Origin: Paraspadella gotoi
Lineage: Eukaryota > Animalia > Chaetognatha
DNA: 63,994 bases
Assembly (NCBI GenBank): GCA_051294375.1
Contig: CM119265.1
Span: forward strand, 6,519,495-6,583,488
Reading direction: 5' to 3'
The translations under genes and the position numbers were made by a program. This document shows positions 47,554 through 59,922 of this stretch, in pieces. The notes under the pieces were generated by a model that was given only the letters and a program-made list of their open reading frames with translations, was not told where the DNA came from and made no database searches. How positions within the stretch are numbered: the stretch's first letter is position 1; every line of letters begins with the position of its first letter.

Positions 47554-50500
47554 ATGCAAGCTCCGCCTCCTTACCCCGCTGCTTCGGCGGCGGCTGCTGG
47601 AGTTCCTCTGCAATTTTCCACTCAACCGTTGACGGTGCCCAATTCTACAGTGCCTGCGCAGTCTGTAGCACCTCTTAATAGCGCCCATGTTCCCCCCTTC
47701 GCCCCTCCTCCGTTAATGGCATCCGTGCTAGAACCACCCCCGCCTGGTATGAGCCCGCCTCCGTCCCAGAAAGTTGCTGCAAACATTCCAGGGTTAACGA
47801 GCCACATGCAGATCCCGGCATCGATTCAACCTCTTCCAATGTTAACACCAACTATTCCACCATCAGGCCAGTTATTGCCCGCTAGTCAACCTCATTCTGG
47901 GCAAGTCTTGCCGAGTGCTCCTCCCATTCATCCTCCGCCCGGATTCGCTTGTCCGCCGCGGTTCCCCGGTGGAGGAGCTCCCTTCATACCAGACTTGTCT
48001 CGACCGCCGCCTGGCGCGCCTGGAAGCGCCCTTGTCGAGTTTTTTAGCGATAAGTGGGCACCAAAGCCCGGTGTTCCTCATCCATACAACTCTTACGTCG
48101 CTCCCCCTCCTCCCGCTCAACCACCTTTCTACGGTGCCATGCCTGTGGAATTGCAACCACCGCAGTACGTATCGCATCCTTCCCATCCCGTACCGCCCGT
48201 ATACGACCAACGAATTCTCCCGCTTTCGTCTTCGGGTGTTCCTCGTAGAATGCCAGGTCTTGAGGTTTCATCTGGGAAGCGATCGCGACGCAACTCGAGC
48301 CCAAGCTCGGACTCATCGTACTCGTCTCGCAGCCCGACGCCTCCTCGGTAAGTACAATTTTCTTCCTACCCGATTTCGCTCTTCTCCGCGCGGCATCGGC
48401 CTTCGATTAGCCTTTTCTCTGACTTGAGACGTTTTGTCTCCAAGTTTGAGTAGCCGCTAGTGGAACCCTACTAGGGTGAACAGGAGCATAAAATGATGTG
48501 TTGCTCATAGTTCTGGTTTTTGAAACAAGTTTCGCCTATTCCAGGTAAAATTTGATTTCGTTCTCTGCCAGTCTCCATTGCAACCGACAACTACTATATA
48601 ATAAGATAAAAAAGCTTAATTAAAATTTTCTTTTTGTCTGACTTTACTTTTAGGCCGACCGGTCCCTCGCGTAAAGATCGCTACAGCCGACGACGTGGAG
48701 ATCGTCGTCGATCGAGGTCTCGAGAAAAACGCGGTCGACGTTACGATTCTCCCGAAAAATTCGGTAAGATTAACGATGAGCTTGAAAGAGACGTGTTCAC
48801 TCTGTCCTGTATGCAATTTAAAAACTTTTTTAAGATAAAATTCTTTCATAATGTTTAACAATGGTGAATGGTGATCATATACAACGAATATGATAAAACT
48901 TTCTCATGCACTTAAACATCAGGATATCGCCGTGGCCACCGTGCCTCGGATCTGCGGGCAGAGAGGAGTGACAAATCGTCGCCCAGCAAAACTCTTTCGG
49001 CGAGTCCTTCGACTGCCGCTGTGGCGGCGACGTCTACATCCAACTCCAATGCTCCTGCCATCAGTCCCACTCCGAAGGCTTTGGATCCCGTAACTATTTC
49101 TGCGGCCAAGCCGGCTTCCGCTCCTGCAAGTTCAGGATCAGTCCCTGGTTTAGAATCTGTTCCAAATTCTGCGCCCAAAACTGTTTCGTCGGATATCGCG
49201 AATTCCGCTTCAACGCCATCTGTGCCCACCGTCGCTTCAGCTGATTCGCAAAAGACTTCGACGAGCTCAATCGAAAAGGGGAAGATCTTAGGCGATGCGG
49301 CAGTAAGTGGCTTTTCTTTTGTTCACTCTCCAATCTCCATTCAAGTTTCCAAAACTTATACGTAACTTTCAACGTTTTTCAGCTTGACAAAGATGAAAAG
49401 ATTCCGGACGCCTCTGAGAAAGCCTCGCAGTCTGTTTCCCATTCCACCGCGCCTAAGGTATTCAAGGCTGACAGTGCCACCACCGCCGTGGAATCCCGTA
49501 CCCCATCGACTACACAGGACGACGCCGTTTCTGACATCAAAAGCGCCGATTCCGGCTCGACCGACGAGGCGACGGATACCGATGCCCTCGAGAAGGAAGA
49601 GTTGGGTGACGTCGACGCCAACGAGGACGTTCTCGAGTTGGGTATCGACGAGGATGAACTGTTGGCCGAAGGTGACTTAATGAATAAAGAAACAAACGTT
49701 TGTTGTTTTTGGGAAATTCTTTTTAAGAAAAAACCATTATTATTGTTTTAATCCTAGTTCAACTGGAGGAACACAATGCCGAACCACTAGAAGACAAGGC
49801 CAAACGTCACCGACGTGACAGCGATGAGTTTCGTAAACGTCGCGAGGAACGGTGGAGACATCAGCAAGAGGAGCGGGAGCGAAGACGTCGGCAGCGTCAA
49901 CGTGAGGAAGAGGAGCGGAGGAAAAAGGAAAGGGAAAGGCGGGAGGAGCGGGAGCGTCTCCGGCGAGAACGAGACAAAGAGGCGGAGGTCGATCGAGCCG
50001 TCGGGAGAGGAAAGACTCTGCCAGATCGTCCCTCCGTTGTCAAGATTTCCTCGAAATTGAAAGGTGAATCATTTGTTGCCTGGTCGCAGACTTAGCTCTT
50101 CCATCATTTCGGGTCTGAATGGTGTATTTTTTCAGCAGCAGCCTCTGGCGATGAAACTTCCGAAGCGCTGAGTTCTCAAGCGCAGTCACCGAAGGAAGGC
50201 GCCCCGGATTTGGACATAATGGACGAAGATGCTTTGCTAGCCGTTTTTCGCGAGAGGGCGCTACGATCCATGAGAGGTAAACCTAATAATATTAAGGTGC
50301 TTACCGCGTTCGTTACTTCATTGCCTACTAATTACTTTAAAAATGCATTTCAGAAAAACAACGCGAAAAATTTTTGGCGCAAAAAGAGCAAAGGCGTATG
50401 GAAAGAATTCAAAAGGCGCATGAGCAGGTTCGTCAATCTTACTTAATACTTATAGCTTAAGTAGGGGTATCCTCACTCAATGGGGCGAGTCAAAAATGTA

Positions 50501-53500
50501 GAGTAAATATAGGCTCAAATGATGCCTAATTTATACATACAAGTATACTTTCAACGGACAAAAGTATCTTATAAGGCTTTACTCAATGGGTGAGTCAAAA
50601 ATTTAGAGAGTACATACTCAAACGAAAATTGATACATTTTTAAGTATATTTTCAATGGACAAAAAAAATTCTTATGCCTTTATACCTAGTATTTAATTTT
50701 TTTAAAATATTTATTTATAGATATGAAGATGATTTGTGATGCTGTGGATAAGGCGCTAAGTAGGCTATCCGTAACTTCTTTAACCCCTCTAGCTGCCATG
50801 GAACGGGTCCTGGGCTTGGAACCAGGCTTGAGGGTTTTCCACGCCCCCAAGGCGGTTTACCGCCGTTCTCAAGCTTCCCGGAGGGTAGGTACCGGGTTGG
50901 GATTGAACCCGGTACCTACTGGTCATGAGTTGATGGCTTTACTCAACTGAAGGTGTCATGCTTATAGGCGGGGTGATCTTATTCAATGCCCGACTACAAT
51001 GTTTTTATTCAAATCCCTTTTAAATTCTACCTTGAATTTAAGGCTGCCGAACCGAAGAAACAGAAAACTACTGAGGAGGTTTCCTCTAAAACCGAAAACC
51101 ATCCTGTTTTGAATTCGGAAGATGCCCTCGGAACGCCCAGCGCGGTCGACGACAGGATGACGCAGGATCCCGAAGTTGAAGTCGAGGCTCCCAAAGAAAA
51201 GTCTTTGTCGGCCAAGTAAGTGGGCATCCATTAGTGATCGCTTCATGGTCGAAAGCAAAATGATGATCGACTAGAGTCTCTGAGATTTTTGTGAACGAAA
51301 CTCTATTAAACTGAACGAATGAAAAAACAACCAAACTTGTTATATCCTGCTGCGTGAGAAATCTAATTACTTTTCTGTACTTAAAAAGGCCTGCGAAGCA
51401 TCTGACCACAGAAGAAATGGAGGAAAAATTACTAATGTCGTCCGACGAAGAGGCAGACGTGTCCGAAGCCTCGGAGCAACATAAACCTATCGAGGTTAAA
51501 CCGAAACCCATCATTGTCAGGATTCTGCCGCCCAGCGCCAACAAAGATCTCTCACCGACGTCGACATCATCAGCGGCGGCAACATCGGCAGTATTGGCGG
51601 CGCCGACGTCGTCATCGGCCTCGTCGTCGTCGGAACCGGCACCCGTCCCAAAGAAGATCATTTTGTTGAAATCCTCAAAATGGTCGACTAAAAAGGTGGA
51701 CTGTGAAAACATAAATCACTACCCCGGTCCTCCAACTAATTTTCAACCTTTTTTTTTTTTTTTTTTTTAGGATGACCAAGACAAAGAAAATCGTAAGAAG
51801 TTGGAAGCCTCTCGGGCTCCCACGCTTCTTCCGGAGACAAAAAAGAAAATAGTTTCTTTGGTTTCCTCTCGCGATCGCATCGTTGCCAAAGTCCCATCGC
51901 CGAAGCCGCCGAGCGCCTTGGATCGACTCGGCGCTCCCGTCGAAGGTAACTCTTCGAAGGCCACCTGACATACAATCTTTCGACCGAGGTGTTTTTCGTG
52001 ATGAATTATCAGCGCTAGTCTCTGATTCAGATTGATTGATTTTTTAAAAAAATCTGATGACCGAAAAAGCCGAGGTTCGCATAAGCCCCGTTTTTTGGGG
52101 GGGTCTAAAATTTTATTTTTCTCACTTTCCCAGACAATTCCTCCAGCGAAGCTTTAACTTCGTCCTCATCCTCGTCATCCGTCGAAGAAATTGGCGGGAA
52201 AACCAAGGCACGTCCTTCAGTGGTCAAACTGGCCGCCGCGGTTAAAGCAAGCGAACCCGAGGTTGGTAGAGCTGTACTTGGCATCGTGGTCACCTGTGGC
52301 AATCGATTTTTTTTTTTTTTTTTTTCAGCGTATTTTTGCCTACGAATTGAAGACAACTTCTAAAGAGCCACTTTTTGAGTCCTCGGAAGAAGGTTCCGCG
52401 GAAGATCGCTGGAATGACGCTATTGCTCAGAGCAAAAAGCGCAAGGCTGAAATGATAAAAGCAGCGGCCAGCGTAAGGCCCATCATTTTCAATTCTTGAA
52501 TTATGAAAATAAAGACTAATTAACTAAATTTTTTTGCAAAAGGCTGTAAAGGGACGGGAGACTATATCCTATGAAGATTTAGACTCATCTTATGGAGCAT
52601 CGTCAAGAGTCTCTTCGAGTGACGACAAAGTGACGGTCAATTCCCCATGCAAGGAATCTGCGATCAAACCCTTAATGGAACCCAAGTTTTCCGTTGAACA
52701 AATGGGTGAGTTAAATTCCTGGTTTTACCAGGATTCAATTTTATTGGCAAATATTATTTATGTGATGATTCATGTTGACCAAAACTTGAGAAATTATGTG
52801 AAAATCTCAGAGGCTGTTTCTGAAGTTTTCTACTCTATATATATATTAGCATTCGTGGCTATGGAAACCACTTTTATTTTTCATTATGCTGTTTTAGATT
52901 CGGCTTCATCAACGACGAAAGCCGACCTCATGGATTTGCTCGATCTTACAGAACCGATTTCAACGCGATCTGAAATCACTGCCGACAAACTACTCGGCGG
53001 AATTAACATTGCCGACTACACCAGTAAGAATTTTCTCGATTACCAGGGTCTGAGAACTTTCTGATGTTTGGGTCGTCCGGGATTTATTTTTAATATGTTT
53101 GATTGTTAATACTACACCGATACCGATAGCCGTTTTTTTTTTCTTGGAATTTGTTACCAAATTTTTAAAGAATCCCTTTCGGCCCTACATATAATGATGC
53201 ATGACTAGAGTCGCTGAACATGTGAAAGAAAAATTTCTTAAACTGATTTTATTTTTATATTAATAAAATCCTATGAAAGTTTTTTCCATTCTCAATTTAA
53301 TAAAATGTTAATTTTTCAGGCAAAAAGAAAGTCCCGGTAGCGCGGCCTAACTGGGGTCGGCGTCGCATCGAAGCTCCTGATTCGTCCTCGTCTACGAGCC
53401 GAAAGTTGGTGATTCGACGCTCCACTGGACCTGCAGCCGTCGCCTTGGCAACCGGCGGGGACGTCGGAGCGGAAATTGATACTCGGAAAAGAAGGCTGAT

Positions 53501-54372
53501 GAAAGAGGAAGCGAGCTCGTTCGAGTTTGGCGATCGAGGTTAGACGGGAAGCTATTGAGGTTCATGACTAAAATCGTAGGATAAAATGATGAAACTTCTT
53601 TACCAGCGTTTGAGAAAAATAGTGAAAATCACAGAGGCTGTTTCTGATGTTCGCTAAGCTGAAAAAAGTTTTTTGCGCTAGTTTCTCCGTCGTTAAACTC
53701 GTTCTCTCACCCTGATAGGCGCTAATTCACCATCTTTGAGTCCCGAACGAAACGTAAACGAGGATCAAGTAGTTAAGACGACGACAACGACGAGGTTCGT
53801 GCCAGTCGAGCTTGTGCTATTCATTTTGATAGTAAACCGAATTAAACAATTCCCGTTTCAATTTATCTTTCAGGCGCAAAGTCGGTGGAATTCAACGTCC
53901 CGCCTGGTTGGCGACGAAACCGGAAAAGTCTAAATCCGCTTCTTTCGTCTCTTCGACCGTTCGCGTCGACCCCGCGATTCTGGTCTCTTCCGCCGCTCAA
54001 CCGAAGAAATCGATCCCGTCTCCAGCAAGATCTCCGGTCACCTCTCCGGCCAAGTCTCCCATCCAATCGCCCTTGAAATCCCAGACGATCTTGCCTTCTC
54101 GTTCTCCGGAGAAAACCGCCGAAGCCGTCGCGAGAGACGAGGAACTTCTCGAGGACGATCGGCTCAAAAATGACTTCACAGAAAAGACGGATGTCGGCGA
54201 TAGAACGAGCGCCGATGTCGCCGTGACGAGCTCACCTCGCCGACCTTTGACCGACGTTGACTTGGTTGAGGACGTAGACTTGGCGCTTGGAGAACCGAAA
54301 GTTGTGGAAGAGAAGAAACTTGATTCCGACGACGAAGACCTTTTTAGAGCCATCGATGAATTTCTTTCTTGA
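47554..54372 (+). CDS. Uncharacterised low-complexity nuclear-type protein (Pro-rich, RS/RE-rich, acidic); snoRNA host gene
   Basis: Chain of GC-rich exons with GT-AG boundaries from MQAPPPYP to DDEDLFRAIDEFLS*, with an LAVFRERALRSMR helix. Several upstream exons look non-coding, so the start codon is uncertain. Confidence 0.72.
50724..50985 (-). mobile_element. Type C structured GC-rich intronic insert with B-box
   Basis: Multiple stems (GTAGGTACCGGGTT/AACCCGGTACCTAC, GCTTGAG/CTCAAGC, GGCGGT/ACCGCC); minus strand GGTTCAATCCC; boundaries and TSD not resolved. Confidence 0.55.
51260..51314 (+). ncRNA. SNORD52: Box C/D snoRNA, U52/snR78-like
   Basis: Intronic; C box ATGATGA, guide GACTAGAGTC before D' CTGA (complement of LSU rRNA GACUCUAGUC), C' GTGAACGA, D CTGA. 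Confidence 0.8.
51998..52057 (+). ncRNA. Box C/D snoRNA candidate, target not recognised
   Basis: Intronic; GTGATGA ... TATCAGCGCTAGTCT-CTGA ... TGATTGA ... CTGA; same layout as the neighbouring snoRNAs. Confidence 0.65.
52762..52823 (+). ncRNA. SNORD95: Box C/D snoRNA, U95-like (copy 1)
   Basis: Intronic; GTGATGA ... GAAAATCTCAGAGGCTGTTT-CTGA. The guide is complementary to LSU rRNA AACAGCCUCU, and the 3' end resembles recalled human U95 (GAAATCCAGAGGCTGTTTCTGA). Confidence 0.8.
53194..53246 (+). ncRNA. SNORD52: Box C/D snoRNA, U52/snR78-like (copy 2)
   Basis: ATGATGC, GACTAGAGTC-G-CTGA, GTGAAAGA, TTAAACTGA; paralogous to 51260-51314. Confidence 0.72.
53586..53647 (+). ncRNA. SNORD95: Box C/D snoRNA, U95-like (copy 2)
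   Basis: ATGATGA ... GTGAAAATCACAGAGGCTGTTT-CTGA in an intron. Confidence 0.8.
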
Positions 54373-55246
54373 TAAAAATGATTTTTTTTTACTTAGATCC
54401 ATATCTCTCTCTCTCTCTAGCTCTCTCGCCCCTTGATGGATTTATCTTTTCTCGATTATGGTATATAAATCTGTTAAATCGAAGAAGATCCCTCAGTTTC
54501 GTTTTCGAATCGCCTTCGAGGCGATAACATTAAATAAAATATTCATTCTCCGCCTTACTTATTTTAAACCCACTCGTGCAGTGATGTTTTTGATACTTCA
54601 AAAAAAGCAAACTACAAAGTTAGAACTAAAGGGACTTCTTCAAATGGTTTTTCTATATAATGTGGATTGTGGAAATAAGCGGACTTGTATTAAATCGAAA
54701 TAATCGATACCAATAAGGGTATTAGCAATTAGGTAAGATATGCGGTTTAACCTTCTATTTAGACTTGTTCAAAAAGCAACCGAGCTCGGTTCTTTTGTCT
54801 TTTCCTGCGCAGAGCGCCACCGTGCTTCGAGCCCCAACTGACTCACCATTGAGCGTTCCGTCTCTGACGTCAGGTTTAAACGGTCGCCACCCTGATTCTA
54901 TCCGTCGACGTCATCGACGAATATCTTTAATCGAATGTTAGTCCCCACCATCGAAAAAAAGATCGAGTCTCTCTCTCTCTCGCGCGCATTGAATTTTTCT
55001 TTTCGTTTTTCTAATTCAGTCTTCGCTCGTCGGACGTTCAGCCCAACAACCACTCCTCCATAGCAGAAGCTTCGTTCGAAGCGAGGAGAAATGTGTTAGA
55101 AGGGAAAAGGACCTTCTCGCCGATAAGAGTAAGTGCGCGCACCTGTTATAATAATCCAGAGCAATCTTACTAACATTTATCGAGAACCTCCACCCTAATT
55201 TTGATCGCCATTGATTCAGATTACTTTTTTGTTAAACAGAACAACA

Positions 55247-58200
55247 ATGGAGAAGATAGAAAAGACGCGGTTCTCCGAGGCCGAACTGGACGAGCTACTC
55301 GACCAGCTCGACTTCGACGAGTTGGATTTGATCAATCGATACGTCGACCCTGATGTGAGTCTTTTTCGTTTATCAATACTCTATATCGAAATGAACCGTC
55401 GTCAAATATAATTAGGAATCTCGTCTTCCGGCACGCGAGCGGCCGACAGAGTCGCGTTACGACTGCGACTTGGAGCCGACGGGGGCTTTCGACCGCTCCT
55501 CCCTTATCAAATTCCTCGAAGACAAAGCAAAGGAGGACAAGGATTGGGACGAGTACAAGCCCTACGTGCACGAAACCAGAGGCAAGGGGATTATTTTACG
55601 TTCGTCCGCGGCTCTGCTCTCACCACCTTTTGCTTCTGTTCTGTTTTCACAGGTAAAGTTTGGAAGCCGCCGGAAGAGCGCGAGGCCGTGGAGCCAGAAG
55701 AAACGGATGACGCCGACGTCCCCTTGTCTATGGACATAAAGACCGACTACGACGACATGTTGGACGGCGCCGAGGAGGAAGACCTCAAGGACATCGGCGC
55801 CATCTTAGGACTCAACTTCTTTCCGGAACTGACCAAAGCTACAAAGTGAGCTGTTGTTTGTTCTTGTTCTCGTCGGTGGGGGTTTGCAGTGAATATAATA
55901 AAAATAATTTTATGGCGACAGTTAAAAAAATTTCTTTTTTTCAAAAACATCCGGTTCGTTAGTTTCTTTCTGTTTTTCTCTTTCCTTTTCCATCACTGCC
56001 TCAAATCTTCTTTAATTAATTATTGATTGAAAAGAGGATCTAAAATAATCATTTCTGTCACGCGTTTTTTCGCTTTACTTAATCTCGTTTTTCTCGACTT
56101 GGATTCCCGCCTTTCCGTCTCGACTCCCTCTCACGCTCTAGACCATAATCCTCTTCTCAAACCGCGCGTGGGTAATCGACAGAGCGTCGTGACCCGAATG
56201 ATTGACACTTAACCCAGGGCCTGTCGAATAAAGTCGGGGAAAGGGGATGTCTTCAAGGAAAGTGGTTTTTTCTTCCAAGCTTAACCGTCACGTCGTATTA
56301 CCTTCTCGTTTCCGTTTATTTGATTTTAAATTAAAAAGCATTTTGGGATCTATTTGAATATTTCGTTTACTTTTTTATTTCTCTTATATAATTCATTATT
56401 ATTATTATTATTATTATTATTACTTTAATTCATTTTATATAATATTATATATATATATTTATTATTATTATTAGTCATAGCTCCCTTTTAATAGTTTTTA
56501 ACCTAGGATCTCCTTTCATCTTGGCGACAATCTTATACATACAGGGGTGGGACCATATATCTAGACCAAATTTAAAAAATCATTACGCTAAAACTGTTAA
56601 TGATTTTCGAAATCTGAATAAAGATTTAAATGAAAGAACCCCCTCCTCGACCTTGCGGAGAGGGAGAAGACGGGAGAGAAACTGGACTGAAGTCCGGGAC
56701 CGCTGGCGCCATAAAGTTTATAAGTTTCTTATCCACTTGGAGTCTTGATATTTAATGGGTACCTTAATAAAATAATCAAAGCATATAGATATTCATACAG
56801 ACAATAATAATAATCAAACAATAATACTACTAACAATCAATAAAAATAACAGAACACAAGTGATCGCAGAAGAAATACGGAGTAATTATGTTAAAGCACA
56901 GAAGCTGTCCAAACGTCTATTTAGTCTGAAGAGTCTGATCCAAATGTCGCATCCCGAATTATTATAAGAAATGGACAGTGAGCCGAAAGTCAATATCTCT
57001 TTTAACCCGGAGACAAAAAGAGCATCTGGGTTACGGTCGTCTGGACTTTACATAAATTACGATTTCTTAGTTTTTAGCCGATATATTAATTGTTTTTAAA
57101 TTCTTTGATATAATGCTTATATATAAATATGTGACGACTCTCAAATGATTATTTTCGTCTTTGTCGTCGTCTTCGTCATTTGGGTCGCTACAAATATATA
57201 TATTATATAAGCATATTTATGATCTTTTTTCAAAATGTTAAAATATTTTTTCGTTTTCGGGAGGTGAATTTTTTATAGCGGCGGGTTTCAAATGATAACG
57301 ATGTAGTTTCAAATCTTAAGAGAGCAGGTTGTTTGGTTTGTTTTCATTATTGCAATTTTCTAAACAAATACGTTCGATCTCCACCTTAGGTAGATTTTAG
57401 CTTTCTTCACTTCCCACCAGATTCGATCCCGTTCCCGATTTGCCTCCCAACGACGTCAACGTCGCCGAAGCCATTAAAAAAGTCAAAAACAACGACCCTT
57501 CGCTTAAAGAGGTAAACTGAGGACGGTAAGAGTGATCCCCTATCCGGGTCAGGGATCTCTGACCGAAACTGGGTCGTAAACATCGAAAAAGCTTTGCTTC
57601 GTCTCCCGTTAATCACGCCGTTCTCGCCCATCTTTTCAGCTTAACCTAAACAACATCAGAGGGATAAAGAGGGAAGAATTTACGGAACTCTTCGAGGGCC
57701 TGGCGAAGAACACAAACTTGGAAAAATTGCACATGTGCAATACGGGCATCGGAGATCTGGTTGCCCAGGTGATGTCGACAATGAACCGTTTTGCCTAGAT
57801 TTAGTTAAACAATCCGAGTGATTATTTTGAACCCCTTCCCTTCTCAGGAATTGGGAAAGGCTATGGAGTCAAACAAGTCAGTCACCCTTTTGGCTATCGA
57901 GTCGAACTTTCTCTCGGGAGATTATATCGTTCAATTTATCGCCTCCTGCACGATGAACAACGTGGTGGAGCAACTTAATTTGGCTAATCAGGTAGGATCC
58001 TACGAAATTTATGCAACCGATATAAATATTCTTTATCCATTCATTCAATAAGCTATCTTTCCTCCTGTTTTTGGACAAGCCAGGTGGGTTAGGGCTTCCA
58101 TCCCTCTTATAAGATAAGAACAAAGCAAGCTTTCAATAAAGACTATTGTCGAGGACTAGTAGTCAGCCTGCCTCGCCAGCAGGCATATTCCGATCCTATG

Positions 58201-59051
58201 ACCAATCGCGCCATTACTGGGGAGGACTGCCGTCAACTCCCCTCCGTCCCGGAAGTGGGCGCGGGCCGCATCCACGCCCCTTTTGGTGTCGCCGTCGCGA
58301 GAGTGACCGCCGAGACCCTTTGTCGGACGAGGTGTCAGCCTCTATTGTCACGCCTTCCGTCAGTTGGTCCACCAAGGTCCATCGAAAAGTGCCTGGGTCG
58401 AAGTGTGGGACTCCACAAGGTCTATTTGTCCACCTGAAAGACGTCATGATCTGCTACTAGTGTGACAAGACTTGACTGAGTTGAAAACATGGTCTCATTG
58501 TCCCCGTAAAAAAGGCGTTTGGGACGGGCTGACTCTCTCGTGGACTGTCTCTCTGGTGAAACGTGAAGTTAAAGAGCATTAGAAAGTAGCACACAGATAG
58601 GCTTGAACAGACAAAAAGTAGAAGAAAAACGAATCATGATGAGTAAAATAAACAGATGAGGCAACGGCATCTCTCAACAACTATCACAGTCTAGATAATT
58701 AACTCTCAGAGCTCCAAATTGAGTATTTGTATCACTACTTATTAGTACATCATTTCTTATTTTTCTGTCCAATGCGCTGAAAAAATGAGAACTTGAAAGA
58801 AAAATTCGAGACGTGTTTCCCCATCTCTTTCCCAGCGTGCCCTCGTCCTGGGTTCCGGTCAAGAGTTACAGATCGCTCATCTTATAGCCAAGGCGCCCAA
58901 CCTAATTCGGCTAGGAATTCACTTTGGATCCCCGACGGCTCGCGTCAAGGCGCTCGAAGCCCTCTGCGCCAACGCCGACGCCCGTCGCCTCAAGAGGACC
59001 GGCAAGGACAAAAAGGAAGAAAAGGCGGCGCCACCGCCGGCGGCCGAGTGA
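55247..59051 (+). CDS. TMOD: Tropomodulin
   Basis: LDELLDQLDFDELDLI..VDPD, LPARER, EPTGAFDRSSLIKFLE, GKVWKP, DIGAILG, PNDVNVAEAIKKVKNNDPSLKELNLNNI, LAIESNFLSG, NQ/RALVLGSGQELQIA; exons from 55247 to the stop at 59049-59051. Confidence 0.93.
58048..58143 (+). mobile_element. R-family fragment abutting the type D insert
   Basis: ATAAGCTATCTTTCCTCCTG...GGACAAGCC...CTCTTATAAGATAA...TTTCAATAAAGAC is homologous to the other R copies. Confidence 0.65.
58144..58467. mobile_element. Type D structured insert, 4-bp TSD AGAC
   Basis: TATTGTC...GTGACA bounded by AGAC/AGAC; subterminal ACTAGTAG(T)CAG / CTGCTACTAGT pairing; GC-rich interior with hairpins. Confidence 0.72.
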
Positions 59052-59922
59052 AGAAGGAGCGGTCGCGAGAGATTAATTGATTAAATTAGAGGGATGCGTT
59101 TCGGACGATCGAGCGGGAATATTCCGCGGTTACGTGGAGTTTAAAAAGCTTGCGCCGCTTGGTCACCGGTTCGCGCCCGTACGTCCCTTCTTCCCTTTCT
59201 ACTCTTCCGTCTGCTGTTTCTTTGTAATTTTTACGTTTTTGACCCATTTTGAAAAATTATAGAAAGGTTCTGATAAAATACATTTAGAAATAATGATTTT
59301 TTTTTCCCTCGTGAGTATCGCTTTTCCGCCCATTTGATTTTCAGTTATGCTGTCGTGGCCTTTTTGCAATTTCTTTGCAATGCGTCTCGCTGAACATTTT
59401 GCCCTCCCCTCCTGACCAAACTTCTTTTTTATATACTTCAGTGTATAAATTCTTCGCCCTTACTCGAATCTAAGTCAACGTGAGACAGTTTCGATCTTTT
59501 TCTTTATTCTTAAAATGAGTCGGAACTAGCCTCGCTTTTGGACGTGTTCAACAGTAATGAGTAAACTAATCCGAATCATGTCAGAGTCAAATTTTTTTTG
59601 TTCGAACGCTTGTTAGATGGTGATCAGAAAAGCACTATTTATCCTGCTGCTTTTTCCCCGTAGTAATTTATTCATCTTTTCGTATCGAAGCAATGTTAAA
59701 ATTGTTTTGAAGATTTTCATTTCATTACATTACTGCATTAAAACAAACAATATCAGTTTTTGAGCGTTTTTTTTTTTTCTTTGACGCCAATCTGCGATAT
59801 ATCTACAGTAAAATAAGGCGCTTCAGATTAGGATAGCACGTAAAATGGACTCCGTCGAATTACAGACCTCGAAGATTTATGGAGTAAATAAGAATTATTT
59901 AGTTAGAATATTTTACCCAGAA

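Noticed and set aside
50780-50830. Twister ribozyme on the minus strand (CUGGUUCCAAGCCCAG...GAGGGG)
   Set aside because: A P4/L4-like sequence is present, but the UAA cleavage strand and P1/P2 could not be placed; an Rfam twister cmsearch would decide.
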